Below, in pieces: positions 1 to 11,981 of a stretch of DNA of 62,000 bases (position 1 is its first letter; each line of letters begins with the position of its first letter). The position numbers and the translations under genes were made by a program. The stretch lies in contig OX597817.1 of assembly GCA_951406725.2 (NCBI GenBank), positions 117,820,001-117,882,000 of the forward strand, read 5' to 3'. The DNA is from Octopus vulgaris (taxonomy: Eukaryota). The notes below the pieces were generated by a model. The model did not search any database. It was not told the origin of the DNA and was given only the letters and a program-made list of their open reading frames with translations.

Positions 1-59
1 CTCACATACACAGAGGCAAGTGCACCTTCATTGCGGGATCACCAGCATTTTATTATTTC

Positions 60-230
60 CCCTTCTTCCTAGCTCTCCTATTCAACTAGCATTTTCCAAC
101 CAGTAGTTATGATTGACCTCTAAATCGACAAGTTTGTTTCTATTCTCTTTTTGTTCCTTTCTCCTCATGTTCCTTTCTGTTGAAGAGCGTTGGCTCGAAA
201 TGTAAAAGACTTTCTCAATTCCAGAGCTTA
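60..230 (+). mobile_element. Short PLE pseudo-LTR-like fragment carrying a hammerhead-like motif, followed by (TA)n
   Basis: Pyrimidine-rich tract, then the HHR-like motif at 173-208, then (TA)n at ~229-248. Same layout as the PLE 3' ends elsewhere in the window. Confidence 0.5.
173..208 (+). ncRNA. Minimal type-I hammerhead-like motif, A6U core variant
   Basis: CTTT-CTGTTGA-A-GAGC(gttg)GCTC-GAA-ATGT-A-AAAG: 4-bp stem I, 4-bp stem II, quasi-palindromic mini stem III. Core reads CUGUUGA instead of CUGANGA. Confidence 0.55.
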
Positions 231-522
231 TATATATATATATATATAACTTTTTATAAAACTGTGCATCATTAGAAAGCATTTTAAGTCTGCTTATAAT
301 TTGACTTTAAATTTCATAGAACTCACTCCTAATACTTCATGAGGATAGTCAAACTCGCTAGGATGTCTGGAAAACATATATGTGATTTCGCTGATGACTA
401 CTGGACATTTGTATTTGCTGCAATATTTGCAGCTTTAAATAAAATTGTTCTTAGTATGAAACAATTGTACTAAACTACTAATCCATTCTTGTTGCTTTTT
501 TCTTGGTTATATACATATATGA

Positions 523-572
<50 letters not shown>

Positions 573-1403
573 ATGTATGTACATGTACATGTATATGTAA
601 ATATACATGTATCTATGTATGTATGTTTCGCTACATGAAGCTGCTTACTTAACAATTGTTATTTTCTCATTCATATAAAAATGTATAATTTGGCCCTGTA
701 ATTACCTTAAGATCATATAAGAACGCTGTGCGGTGTACTACTGGAGGTTAGAAATAGTGCTCATTAATAAGTACAAATATATTTACTTTTAACAACTGGT
801 CCTTGGATATGCCCTGGTAATGCAAATCGTTACGTGTATGCATTACATATGTGTTTGTGAGTGGGTGTGTATATATACTAAATTCAAATTTAAATTCCAC
901 TTGCTATAAATAGAGCCATCATTCCAAAACCAATAATACCCACTATTAAAACTCACTATGCACTGAACATAACATAACACTATGCACTGAACATAACAGA
1001 AGCAGGCTTACATTGAGTGGAATACAGAAGTAAGGAATGTGTATATCTCAGGATGAATTGATTGCACTTCTTATATGAAAATTCATACTCTGAGCTCATC
1101 AGCTGAAAATAACACTTTAACATCTATTTCTGAACTATTTGTCACATTACGTCGTGTACCTTCTTTAATTTTAAATGTCACCGCGACATTTAAAAAAAAC
1201 TTATCGTTTGCCAGTATAAATTTAAATTAAGTTTTGTTGTCTGTTTCGGTTATATTCATTGCATTGGCCGTGTATATTTTAATAGTGAGTATTGGTGGTT
1301 TCAGATCGATGAGCAAGTTTATAACAAGTGGTATTTAAGTACCCTATGGAATTTGAATTTAGTTTATATTTTACCTGTCAATGTGTAAACTTGCAAGACA
1401 CTA

Positions 1404-1482
<79 letters not shown>

Positions 1483-1514
1483 GATCATAATAATACTAAT
1501 TTAATTTGTATATA

Positions 1515-1606
<92 letters not shown>

Positions 1607-1739
1607 AATAAATGGTGGGGTTGTGTTGACCGCACGTGGAGAAATGATAAGCAAGGAAAAATTGCAAAAATGCAGAATGCTCGATTGAAAGAAAAATTTT
1701 ATGAAATGAGAAAATGAAAAAATATATAAATATATATTT

Positions 1740-1779
1740 ATTCAAACCGGTTTTCGTCATAGTTTGACTTATCAAGAAT
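1740..1779 (-). ncRNA. Minimal type-I hammerhead ribozyme, U3-A8 variant, in PLE copy 1 3' UTR
   Basis: Minus strand ATTC-TTGATAA-GTCA(aacta)TGAC-GAA-AACCGGTT-T-GAAT: 4-bp stem I, 4-bp stem II, palindromic 8-nt stem III. Confidence 0.8.
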
Positions 1780-2454
1780 GAAAAGGTTTTTTAAAAATGA
1801 GAAAGGGGAAAAAAGTTGCATTGTTTTTTGCAAAAGAATAATAATAAATATGTATAAAAATTTTAAAATAAGTACTCCGATACATTGTGAGTTGGTTGTG
1901 TATCTTGAGTTTAATGAATGTTCACGAAAAAATTACCTTGAGGTATTAGGATCCAATGGGATTAAGGCCATGTGTTGTTTGGTTTAATTTAGGATGTTGG
2001 CAAAACAGGAAGTAGTAGTAATTGTGGTTCTTCAGTTCCTGTGTTGTGAATAAGGGGAGACAACTCTTTTGGGTTCTTCAATAAAGGCTGCTGATAAAAT
2101 CCCAAATTATAGAATTGACATTTTAGCTTCATTTGCATTATCTTTTTTATGTAATTGTTTGTTAATTTAACTTTCAGATTTTAACACTTTGTTTATATTA
2201 TTTTCTAATTATATAAATTTGCATAGACAATTGCATTTCAGATTGTTATATCATAAATAATAAAGATGATGGTAATAACAACAATAGTAAAAATGATATT
2301 TAAAGAATATAAGTTTTTGCTGGAAGTGATGAATCTATGGTATCCTTATATATTTGTGTGAGTCCATCCATGAAGAATGAGGTAGAAAAGGGAAGTTTGA
2401 TCAACGAGTAGTTTGTATATTAAGTTCTGTTTGGAATTTTTCAATAAAGATATT

Positions 2455-3468
2455 CTACTTGTTAATTCTCTCCTGTGTGGTGATGCCGTCTTTACATTGG
2501 TAGAAGGGGAATATATAGAATTTGGGGTTTAAGTCTTTAGCGCATGAGTCTATGTGGTCACTCAGTGGAATTTGTCGGTATTCCGGGAGATTTATTTGTT
2601 CTTTATGCACCGCTACCCGTTTACGTAACGGGAGACTCGTTTGTCCAACATAATTATGTTGGCAACCAGCGCATGTGAGAACGTAGATAAGGTTCTCGGA
2701 GGAACAGGAGAAATTAGTCTTGATTTTAAACTTCGTACCTTGTTTGAAGGTAAATTCAGAACTTTCAAGTAGGAGAGGGTATGTCCCACAGTTTGGGCGT
2801 GCACATTTTTTTACTGCTGGGGGTGGATGTGGTGTGTGAAGTTTGGCATTTGTCAAGATTTTTTTTAAAGATTTGTATTGCCTTTTACATTTGAGGATTT
2901 TGTGTGTATTTATAATGTTTTTCATTTTTGGGTCTGTTGACAGTAGACTGAGGTTTTGTATGATTGTGGGGTATGCTTCGATATTTTTGGGGTTGTGGGT
3001 GGAAATGTATGGAAGTATTTTGAGGTTGTGTATGGTGTTAGGTTGGGTAGTTTTCGGTGTAATGTTATCCAGTTCTTTGGCGCGTTTTATTCCATACTCT
3101 ATAACGGTGGAGGGATATTGGCGTTGTAATAGTGTTTTTTTGAGGTCTTGAAGGCGTATTTCTCGTGTATTTGGATCCAAGACGATGGTACATACCCTTT
3201 TAGCCAAATTGAAAGGGATATTTGTCTTGGTGTGTTTTGGGTGGCATGAACTAAAGAGGAGGTATTGTTGTGAGTCTGTGGGTTTGTGGTAGATGTCTGT
3301 TATGATTTGGTTCTTAGGTGCTTTTATAATTAGGAGATCAAGGAATGGTAGATGATGTTTGCTTAATTCCATAGTGAATTGGATGTTGGGATGTATGTTG
3401 TTTAGTAAGGTTTTGAATTCCAGGAGTTTTTCATAAGGTTCTTTCCATATGATGAAACAATAATCCAA
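2455..3468 (-). pseudogene. PLE RT C-terminal half + thumb + GIY-YIG endonuclease (337 aa open frame)
   Basis: IQFTME, LPFLDLLI, TDIYHKPTDSQQYL (PLE RT 6/7/thumb); CARPNCGT Cys motif; LIYVLTCAGCQHNYVGQT (GIY-YIG with CxxC); VH...DH completing CCHH. Catalytic YLDD is mutated to YLDY just upstream and there is a premature TAA near the C-terminus. Confidence 0.9.
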
Positions 3469-3550
3469 ATACCTTTTCCAGTTTTCCTTTATGTAGGTGT
3501 GGAAAACATGTCCAAATTTCTGGCGTGATATTTCATAGAGTATATATAGA

Positions 3551-3614
<64 letters not shown>

Positions 3615-3616
<2 letters not shown>

Positions 3617-3673
3617 TTTTACTCCTTATTCCTTTTTGCAGTCATTTGACTGCGGCTATCCTGGTGCACCACC
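3615..3673 (-). mobile_element. 3' tail fragment of SINE family 1
   Basis: Matches the cagtcatttgactgcggc end of the full copies at 11535 and 21580. Confidence 0.6.
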
Positions 3674-4518
3674 TGTATGTTAATATACATACGCGTGTGT
3701 GTGTGTACACACGCATATGAGACGAACCTGAATTAACGAATTATTTTCAATACTCTAATTATATTCAAAGCATGGTAAATCCATTTTATAATCACTGTTC
3801 TTAAGAAATATGTGTTAATAAATATATGAATATTTATGATATTTATGATACAGTATATGAATTAATAGCTACAAAAGCTGTAACCAAACCAAATAGTAAT
3901 CTTGATCACTACCTTAACGTGGAGGTTCTGTTAAACCACAACCTACTGTGTACATTAGCATGGGAGTATCTCACAGAACTCTTGGTAATTCCTAGTTGTT
4001 AATGTCACTCGCAATTATATAACTGCCATACGTGAATCATCTCCTTCGACCCTGGAACTGCCAGCTCACAAGATTTCACCCTGCTATATATTTCTTAGAG
4101 GGAGATCTCCAGCAGTACAAAGACACCTGAGTGTCCAGTCCGAGAAATATAGAATCTCATTCTCTATTTAGGTACTGGTGTCGCAAATACCCAAAATGTT
4201 TATTGACATATAATTAATACCGATAGAAATAACATTGATTTGTAATGTAATCCAGATCTCCAAATTACGATGGAGGTTTTGTACGAACACAGAATACTGT
4301 GTTATTTACCACAAGAATAATTTACATTTGTACCCATGGTGTAAAAAGCACTTGTTATTATATGGTTGATAGACGAGAATTGTCTGTATTATATTAAATA
4401 CTTTCAATACACTGGTAAATATCTAATTCAGAATGATTCAATGATGCTTATATGTTATATGCAAGGAATGCATACATACAATTCACACTTGTATACATAT
4501 ACATATACATACACATAA

Positions 4519-4572
<54 letters not shown>

Positions 4573-4578
<6 letters not shown>

Positions 4579-4690
4579 ATCACGTGACCGACCAGACCAT
4601 TAGATGTTGCTACACATCGCTGGTCACAATGCGTTCGCATTGTTTTAGCCTTCAAATAACTTCACCCCGCTGGCTAAGCAAGCAGGCCAT
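4573..4690. repeat. Short interspersed repeat fragment between (TA)n tracts (probable LINE/SINE tail)
   Basis: GC-richer 115-nt island starting at cacgtgaccgacc, embedded in microsatellite. Family assignment is recollection only. Confidence 0.35.
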
Positions 4691-4713
4691 ATATATATAT
4701 AAATATATATATG

Positions 4714-4786
<73 letters not shown>

Positions 4787-5374
4787 AATTACTCATGGAT
4801 GAATGGGATTGACAATATTAATTTTATTAAATTGTTTGCAATCCTTTTAACTATTCACATTTGAAATAGTCTTGCGTCATGTCTATCGACGGCAATTATG
4901 CCTTTAATCATATACACTACGAATATCAGCTGGGATTAAATCAAAACAGCGGAACAAAATAATATGCACACTAATTCGACAATTTCGCTAATACACAGTA
5001 TACTCATCACCTTTCAAAAGTGCGCAGTTCTAAATAATATCTCTGTACGAATGGAAACTTAGGCAAAAAAGGTAAAAGAATATAGAAGAAAAATATGATG
5101 ACATTCTGTTCCATTCCACCTTCGTTACTTCGTTCTTAATTATATCCCCAACTGCGCTGTCGTCCATAAATGAAGTGGCTGGATGTCTCCGTGTGATAAG
5201 GACTGTCATGTTATCGTTGTTATGTATTGTCACCAGAACAACGGGCTTAACCTCTCAACCTCACAATTTTCACAATTATTCAGAGCAATTTACACACGCG
5301 TACGTTATTAGATACATGTGCATATATTGGGATAAGTATATGTATGCATATACACACATTTGTATATGTATGTG

Positions 5375-5444
<70 letters not shown>

Positions 5445-6155
5445 ATACTTAGGGTTCAGTAAAGATTTGCTTTACCGCATACCGAACCCTAATTATTAAA
5501 TATTACGTAAGTTTACCATGAAATGGTCCCTTTTACATGCCGAATTCTACTTGGTGAAATTATTGATTACTTCTTAATTAATTAATTTTACCCTTTGTTA
5601 TATGTAGATATATATATATATATACTGGGGCAACTCAGAAATAATGCAGTTTTTTCAATTGCTTTCATCAAAAGTCGGAGGAGACGGGATAAACTATATG
5701 TATCAACTTGCTATAAAAGCAGGTAGTAATTTTACCTAATACTTGTTCTTAGTGCTGAAGGGTACATTTCCAGTGTGATCCTGACTGAACATCCTTGTAT
5801 ATAATTTATTTTTGAAATTTTGATTTTTGATTTAAGATCTTCTTCGATCTCACGTAATACGATTTTAAACCTATCATCATTGATTAGAAAAAAGTGTTAG
5901 TCGAAAGGACCAATGAAAAGGAAGCAATTTCAAATGTGTATCTGTTAGTGTAAATTTCATATTTTATACATACACTCTTTATTTTGTTCCATTTTCAATT
6001 TAAACTGTCCGACGAACGGGAACGTGAAATTCTGTGCAGCAGTTTATTGCGAATTTTCTTCTATGTTTTTGCAGCTTTAATAATAATAATAAAGCATATT
6101 ACTCTACCTCCGGTATAGGAGTCCTTGTTTCACATTTGCTTACGTTTGTGTGTGC

Positions 6156-6189
<34 letters not shown>

Positions 6190-6196
<7 letters not shown>

Positions 6197-6370
6197 ATCC
6201 AAACAAGAAAGCATAAAAAAACACAACAACGCGAGGACGTAACAGATATAGTATTATTAGAGGCTCAGGAAAGAAAGAAAGAAGGAGGGTTTAAGGTTTC
6301 GACCGGAACTCTTAGTCGGAAGCATAGGAAAAGGAAAGATCCAGAGAAGGGAAGACACAGGAAATACATA
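6190..6370 (-). mobile_element. Short non-coding HHR-bearing repeat (family A), decayed copy
   Basis: Colinear with 16125-16330 (aatccaaa.aagaaagca...aaggaaagatccagagaagggaagaca); flanked by (TA)n. HHR core degraded (CCGACTA, ACCT) at 6289-6323. Confidence 0.8.
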
Positions 6371-6393
6371 TATATATTTAGAGAGAGAGGGAG

Positions 6394-6443
<50 letters not shown>

Positions 6444-6458
6444 TTATTATATAGAAGG

Positions 6459-6509
6459 AGCTTCTACAGGACTAGTACTGTTTCATTCAAGAGAAATCTT
6501 CAGGAAGCT
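6459..6509 (-). ncRNA. Type-I hammerhead ribozyme, mirror copy in the left palindrome arm
   Basis: Exact reverse complement of 6506-6556. Confidence 0.75.
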
Positions 6510-6556
6510 TCCTGAAGATTTCTCTTGAATGAAACAGTACTAGTCCTGTAGAAGCT
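6506..6556 (+). ncRNA. Type-I hammerhead ribozyme with canonical core, right palindrome arm
   Basis: AGCTTC-CTGAAGA-tTTC(tctt)GAAt-GAA-ACAG(tactagtc)CTGT-A-GAAGCT: 6-bp stem I, 3-bp stem II above a U.U mismatch, 4-bp stem III, GUA cleavage triplet ending at 6550. Confidence 0.78.
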
Positions 6557-6639
6557 CCTTCTATATAATAAATTAATTTTACTCTGCTATGTATTGAGTA
6601 CCTTACTTACTGTGGTTAACCCCGAATCAACCCGGGACC

Positions 6640-6679
<40 letters not shown>

Positions 6680-8560
6680 TATGCAGACATAAATATACAT
6701 ATATATATACGCACATATATATATACACACATATACACAGATATATATGTATGTGCGCCAGCGCGTGTGTTATAAATACGAAATTCTCTCTGTTTGGGAG
6801 CCCGGTATTTCAGTCTAAATTTGCTTTAGATAGACATATACCTTCAAGATGATTTCAGGATTGCCCCTCATTTTTATTCTTGAACATCTAGCATTGGAAT
6901 CTAATTTTAAAGCATTTGAGTTACTATTTAGCCCACCGTAGGAGTCAACTCAAAAGTCTGCACGGAGTGCGGTATGTATGCGTGTAAGTGTGTGTGTGTG
7001 TGCATATTTATATATATATTTATATATATAGATGTGTATGCGCATGTTTGTAACCATGCGTGTGTGCATGAGTATCTGCATCAGAAATGGAAGGCTTTTG
7101 ATCTGCTTAGAATAAAAACTTCGCTGCAAATGATAGTCGATATAAATTTGTGTTAACACTGATTTGTATATTATAAATATACTTATTACATTTCTATTTG
7201 TACGCTTTTGTATTATATTTACTCTTGATATTCTACTGATTACTGATGAAAAGAATATATCATTATGATTAAATCTGTAAAAATACTACTTCAATCAAAT
7301 CAATATTACATTTACAGAGGTCACCTAATTGAATGTTAATATGAAATGTCTTCTTATTTGTATATATCAGATATATTTGCATTTAAAATCATTCAAATAA
7401 ACAACACTTAGAAACATGCATATATTTATATATTATATATTAGATAATAAAGCGAATGATTTATACCTTGTAGTTTATTAGTAATGCAAGGTCACTTTCA
7501 TACTGTTCGTTATGTATCTGGTTAATGAAATACGGGAGTTTTTATTAATCACTACAATTGTTTCGAAACCTCTTGCACGCGTGGGATACTTAACAACTGG
7601 AACTGGAGCATCCCACGGTTCAAATGTGTCTCTTCTGTTGATTAGCAGATACAACTTTTTAAAATAACAGTTCCGAAATGTATCTTCTTAGTTCTGTCGA
7701 AGAAAGGCAACAAATTAAAAGATGTTGCTTCATTTATGTAGAAGATCAATAGTAAAATAAAATAGCAGATTTAAAAAAGAAAGCAACACTCAATACAGCG
7801 AAAAACGTTCGTGTTGGAACAATTATTGTAGTATAATAAACTCACGCATCTTTCATCTTCCACCTCAAATTACCCAGATACTATATATACATACTCACGT
7901 GTATATATACGCTCATATATACGTGCTCATCCACGCACATATACAACATATTGAAACAATTAGACGTACACCCTGCCCACAGAATGATGCCTTACAATAT
8001 GTCCTTAGTTCAATAGTCATTCCCTTAAACAGTCATTACTAAGGCTAAAAAATACTAAGTCATTTAATAATATGGTGGATGGTCCTCAACTCTATCTTAC
8101 ATTAATATATTCTCAGAAACATTCGCAGGATTACATGCATGCTCTTTCAGACTTATATATCGTATAAGAAATTTTATGGGCTATATATATTGCAACTTTT
8201 TAATCGTTGAAAAGAATTCATTCAAAAATCATATCTTCAATTATTTATTTGCATTTTCCAATATTATTTTTGGTGGAACGTAATTTATTTTTTATTGTTT
8301 CATATTTATATTAGGTTATTTTGCAAAACATTTATGATATTATAAATTATGATCTTGGCTGAAAAAGAAATGTTTTGACCATTGAAATATATATGACATA
8401 TCTGTCTGGATTTCAACTACTTTCAAATAACTTAAATTTTTTAAAGATTTTTCGCAAGAAAACAACAGTGTTATATTTAAACATACACCAGAAGGTTTAT
8501 TATTTAGCTTGTTCTTTTGTGTCCCTACTCGTAAAGGATCAAATTTTGCACGATGAAATT

Positions 8561-9202
8561 GAGACATCGGATCTTTACTTTTTGACAGGCAGATTTTAAA
8601 TATAATTTTTTGTAACTAAACACTTTCAAACTTCGGACACTGGTAGAATGCGTCATATAAAACATATTTTACTCTTAGCGTTTTGAGAAACCATTATATT
8701 TAGGAGGTTATTTCACGATAAAGTTGTAGTATTTCGGTAATTTCAACCAATGATTGACGTGTATTCAGCTGAATAAAAGTACTGCCGTTGTTTGTCAACG
8801 ATAACTTCCGGCGGTGTATATTTCGTTTGTCAATGTTATTTATGACACCCCTAATCCTAAAACACTAAACCTAACCCTAAAACCTTAAAGCTAAAGTACA
8901 AACGCACGAACAATGTCATAAATAACAGTGTCAAACGAAAAATACACCGCCGATAGTTATTGTTGACAAACAACAATAGTAATTTTATTCAGCTGAACAC
9001 ACGTCATTCATTGGTTGAAATTACCAAAATATGACAACATTAACGTGAAATAACTTCCTAAATATAAGGTTTTCTCAAAATCACTAAGAGTAAAAGATGT
9101 TTTTATGACACAATCTGACAGTGTCCGAAGTTTGAAAGTGCTTAGTTACAAAAAATTATTTTTAAATTCTATCTGTCAAAAGGTAACGATCCACGATATC
9201 TT
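8561..9202. mobile_element. Foldback/MITE-like element with ~285-bp imperfect inverted arms and a telomere-like spacer
   Basis: 8561-8847 is the reverse complement of 8914-9202 (e.g. cactttcaaacttcggacactg / cagtgtccgaagtttgaaagtg). Centre has ccctaatcctaa...cctaaccctaa. No ORF. Confidence 0.9.
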
Positions 9203-9289
9203 GGTTAGTATCTGACAACTGAACAAAAGTTATCAGCTATGAATTTTAGCCGCGAAATATTGAAATATTTGTTAGCATTATTACTTACT

Positions 9290-9465
9290 GGTTTTTAGCA
9301 CGCCGTGCAGAATATTTAGCAGTATATCCTTCGTTTTACGTTCTGAGCTTAAATTCCGCCGATGCCGAATTTGCCTTTCATAATTTCGGAGTCAATTAAA
9401 TAAGTACCAGTGCCGCTCTGAGCGGCAAATTTCAGTCCATGTGTTTACGATAGAAAAAAATATTA
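9290..9465 (+). mobile_element. SINE family 2 copy
   Basis: aaattccgccg...tttgcctttcat...tttcgg.gtc.a.taaataagtacc core shared with 57.4, 57.6, 60.4 and 60.8 kb copies. Confidence 0.7.
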
Positions 9466-9805
9466 CTTATTGGTTCGTATTCCTTCGATTTTCATTCATA
9501 TTTTGACAAATATTTTTGCATTGCCCTTTTAAATCTCTGCAAGTGCACGGGCGTGTGTGTGTGTGTGTTTCGATCCGTGTCTGCTTATATCGATGTTTGG
9601 CAATTAAAACTGACATTGGAAAAGAAATTGTTTTGAAAGGGTAGTTTTAATAACAAAATATCAATTATTTTAATGCTCAGAAACGTATTTTAGCCCTTTA
9701 TTCTCTTTAATTAGTATATCAATACAAAACTATTAAACAAACAAAAATACATACGTTCATACATACATACATAATACATACATACATACCTACATTCATA
9801 CATAC

Positions 9806-9864
<59 letters not shown>

Positions 9865-10189
9865 ACATTTCTATATGCTCTATGGATATATGGTGTTCGC
9901 ATGGTATGTATAAATATTCATAATCATGTACTTTTGGAAATGTGATACTCAGGATGTTAAAGTATATGGTAAATCGATCTATGGCTAAACTTTAAAACGA
10001 AAAAATAATATTTCATTCCCTTGCTTTTAACCTTTGTCTATGAAATAAATTAGATAATTTTAGACCCGTTCGGCATCTTCTTCTAGCTTGTGGCATCACT
10101 CAGTAGTTTCCATTATTATAATTTTATATAATTAAGCACTTCCTATATATATATATATATTTATGTAACATATGGTATAATTGTAAACA

Positions 10190-10445
10190 GGGCAAAGTTT
10201 ATCTATTCCACTGCAGACTGAATAAAATGACGAACAACCTTAATGGATTTTCGAACCTTATTGGGAACTCAACAGAGGCGTCTGCACAATTCTGATGATC
10301 TCCAGAGAAATAAACAGTCAAACTGTTTATATACTCAACAATGCAGCCAGTTGCTCTCTGAATGAGTCCCTAATTTGCATATAAAATTGTTTAACACTCT
10401 ATAAATACCACTGGCAAGTCAACGGGGATTTTAGTTCACACAGTA
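10190..10445. mobile_element. Solo PLE pseudo-LTR-like fragment with two degenerate HHR-like motifs
   Basis: Island between (TA)n tracts. Minus-strand CTGTTGA...GAAA motif at 10237-10279 and plus-strand CTGATGA...GAAA plus 9-bp hairpin at 10292-10331. Confidence 0.5.
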
Positions 10446-10477
10446 TCAACGTATATACATGCATATATATGTATATA

Positions 10478-10581
<104 letters not shown>

Positions 10582-10647
10582 TATCTACATATACACACAT
10601 ATATATACATACACATACACAGACACACACACACACATATACACACA

Positions 10648-10705
<58 letters not shown>

Positions 10706-10864
10706 GCATATGCTCACGCGCATGCACATACACACGCGCACACACGTATATATATGTACTTATATGTACTTTTGGAAAGTATACAGCTTAATGACTTAAC
10801 AGATGTAGCAATTAAGCCAAGGTCTGCAACTTCGGGAGTAGGAAATACGCTGATTATATAGACA

Positions 10865-11010
10865 CTAGTACCCCACTTATTTCATTCATAATAAAAACAT
10901 TAATGGTGAGCTTGTCATCGATGGTACTCTAACTCAGAATGTAAAGACAGACGAAATGCATCTAAGCATTGTGTTCGGTACGCTAATTGTTCAGCCAGCT
11001 GACCGCTCTA
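10865..11010 (-). mobile_element. SINE family 2, old copy
   Basis: Degenerate reverse-complement match (tactaccc..ttatt...actcagaatgtaaagacagacgaaat). Confidence 0.5.
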
Positions 11011-11534
11011 GCAACAATATTAATATATTTCAGCTTTAAAACCATTCTTACGTTCATAACCAATTGAATCCTCCTGAGAGAGTCCTTATGACGTGTGTTT
11101 GACTCTTCTTTATAGCACAAACTCCATTTTAAGAACAACTGTTTTTAAAACTAAATACTATAAAATTATATCCCAAATTCGGACTACATAAATACTGCAC
11201 GGTAAAGTACACACTAAGAAAACTTATTAAAAAATTGTTCATGAGTCCAGAGATGATTGTATGCGCGTGGACACATACAAACTTACACATACATAAACAC
11301 ACGCGTACACACACACATATTGAATATACTTGTAAAATAGGGATGCGTCTTATTCGAGAATGAGTCATATACATTTGCATCTATGTTTATTGTAGCTATG
11401 TCGGGTTCAAGAATAAAACTGAAGCCGTTTAACGATCTATAGTTTTTGCCTTGATGAGACAATATATATAAAGATACATTGTACATCAACTGTGAATAGA
11501 ATGTAAAGCTAGTTGAACAACATTATTTGATATT

Positions 11535-11741
11535 ACTCTTTTAATTGTTTCAGTCATTTGAGTGTGGCCATGGTGGAGTACTGCCTTTAGTCGAGCGAAT
11601 CGACCCCAGGACACATTCTTTGTAAGTCTAGTACTTATCGGTCTCTTTTGTCGAACTACTAGATTACGGGGGCGTAAAAACACCACCATCGGTTGTCAAG
11701 CAATGTTGGGGGGACAAACACAAACACATAAACACATACAC

Positions 11742-11799
<58 letters not shown>

Positions 11800-11981
11800 A
11801 TATGTATATATATATACACGACGGACTCAATGGGCTTCTTTCAGTTTCCGTCTACCAAATCCGCTCACAAGGCTTTGGTCGGCCCGAGGCTATAGTAAAA
11901 GAGACTAACCCAAGGTGTCACGCAGTGGGGATGAACCCGGAACCATGTAGTTGGTAAGCAAGCTACTTACCACACAGCCAC
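11535..11981 (-). mobile_element. tRNA-derived SINE family 1, full length
   Basis: Minus-strand head GTGGCTGTGTGG (A-box-like) and GGTTCATCC (B-box-like); internal (CA)/(TA) microsatellite; colinear with 12138-12561 and 21580-21986. Confidence 0.9.

Larger units (their letters stand above)
1603..3541 (-). mobile_element. 5'-truncated Penelope-like element (C-terminal GIY-YIG, Neptune-like), copy 1
   Basis: Reverse-complement match to 17040-19055. RT C-half, thumb and EN in ORF 2455-3468, ~850-nt 3' UTR with HHR. Both ends abut (TA)n/(GA)n tracts (1509-1602; 3542-3613). Confidence 0.95.
6442..6573. repeat. Perfect 132-bp spacerless palindrome centred on AAGCTT (6505-6510)
   Basis: Checked base by base: position x pairs with 13015-x from 6507/6508 out to 6442/6573; first mismatch at 6441/6574. 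Confidence 0.97.

Noticed and set aside
947-1000. Short local direct duplications (also ~33885-33930, ~45645-45695, ~53185-53220)
   Set aside because: 17-26-bp two-copy slippage events; not CRISPR-like (no spacers, no array).
4082-4183. HHR-like remnant (gacacctga...gagaaatatagaatctcattctctat hairpin)
   Set aside because: The core is incomplete and stems cannot be assigned consistently; probably a decayed PLE pseudo-LTR but not callable as a ribozyme.
4573-4588. Tandem E-box CACGTG motifs
   Set aside because: Part of a repeat fragment with a short junction duplication; no gene context.
5030-5262. Minus-strand ORF MTIHNNDNMTVLITRRHP... as a host exon
   Set aside because: No polypyrimidine acceptor or clear donor, upstream in-frame stops, and no recognisable protein.
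11890-11981. tRNA-like sequences at SINE heads (also 12480-12561, 21900-21986)
   Set aside because: They have A/B-box-like motifs but no complete cloverleaf and are fused to SINE bodies; not tRNA genes.
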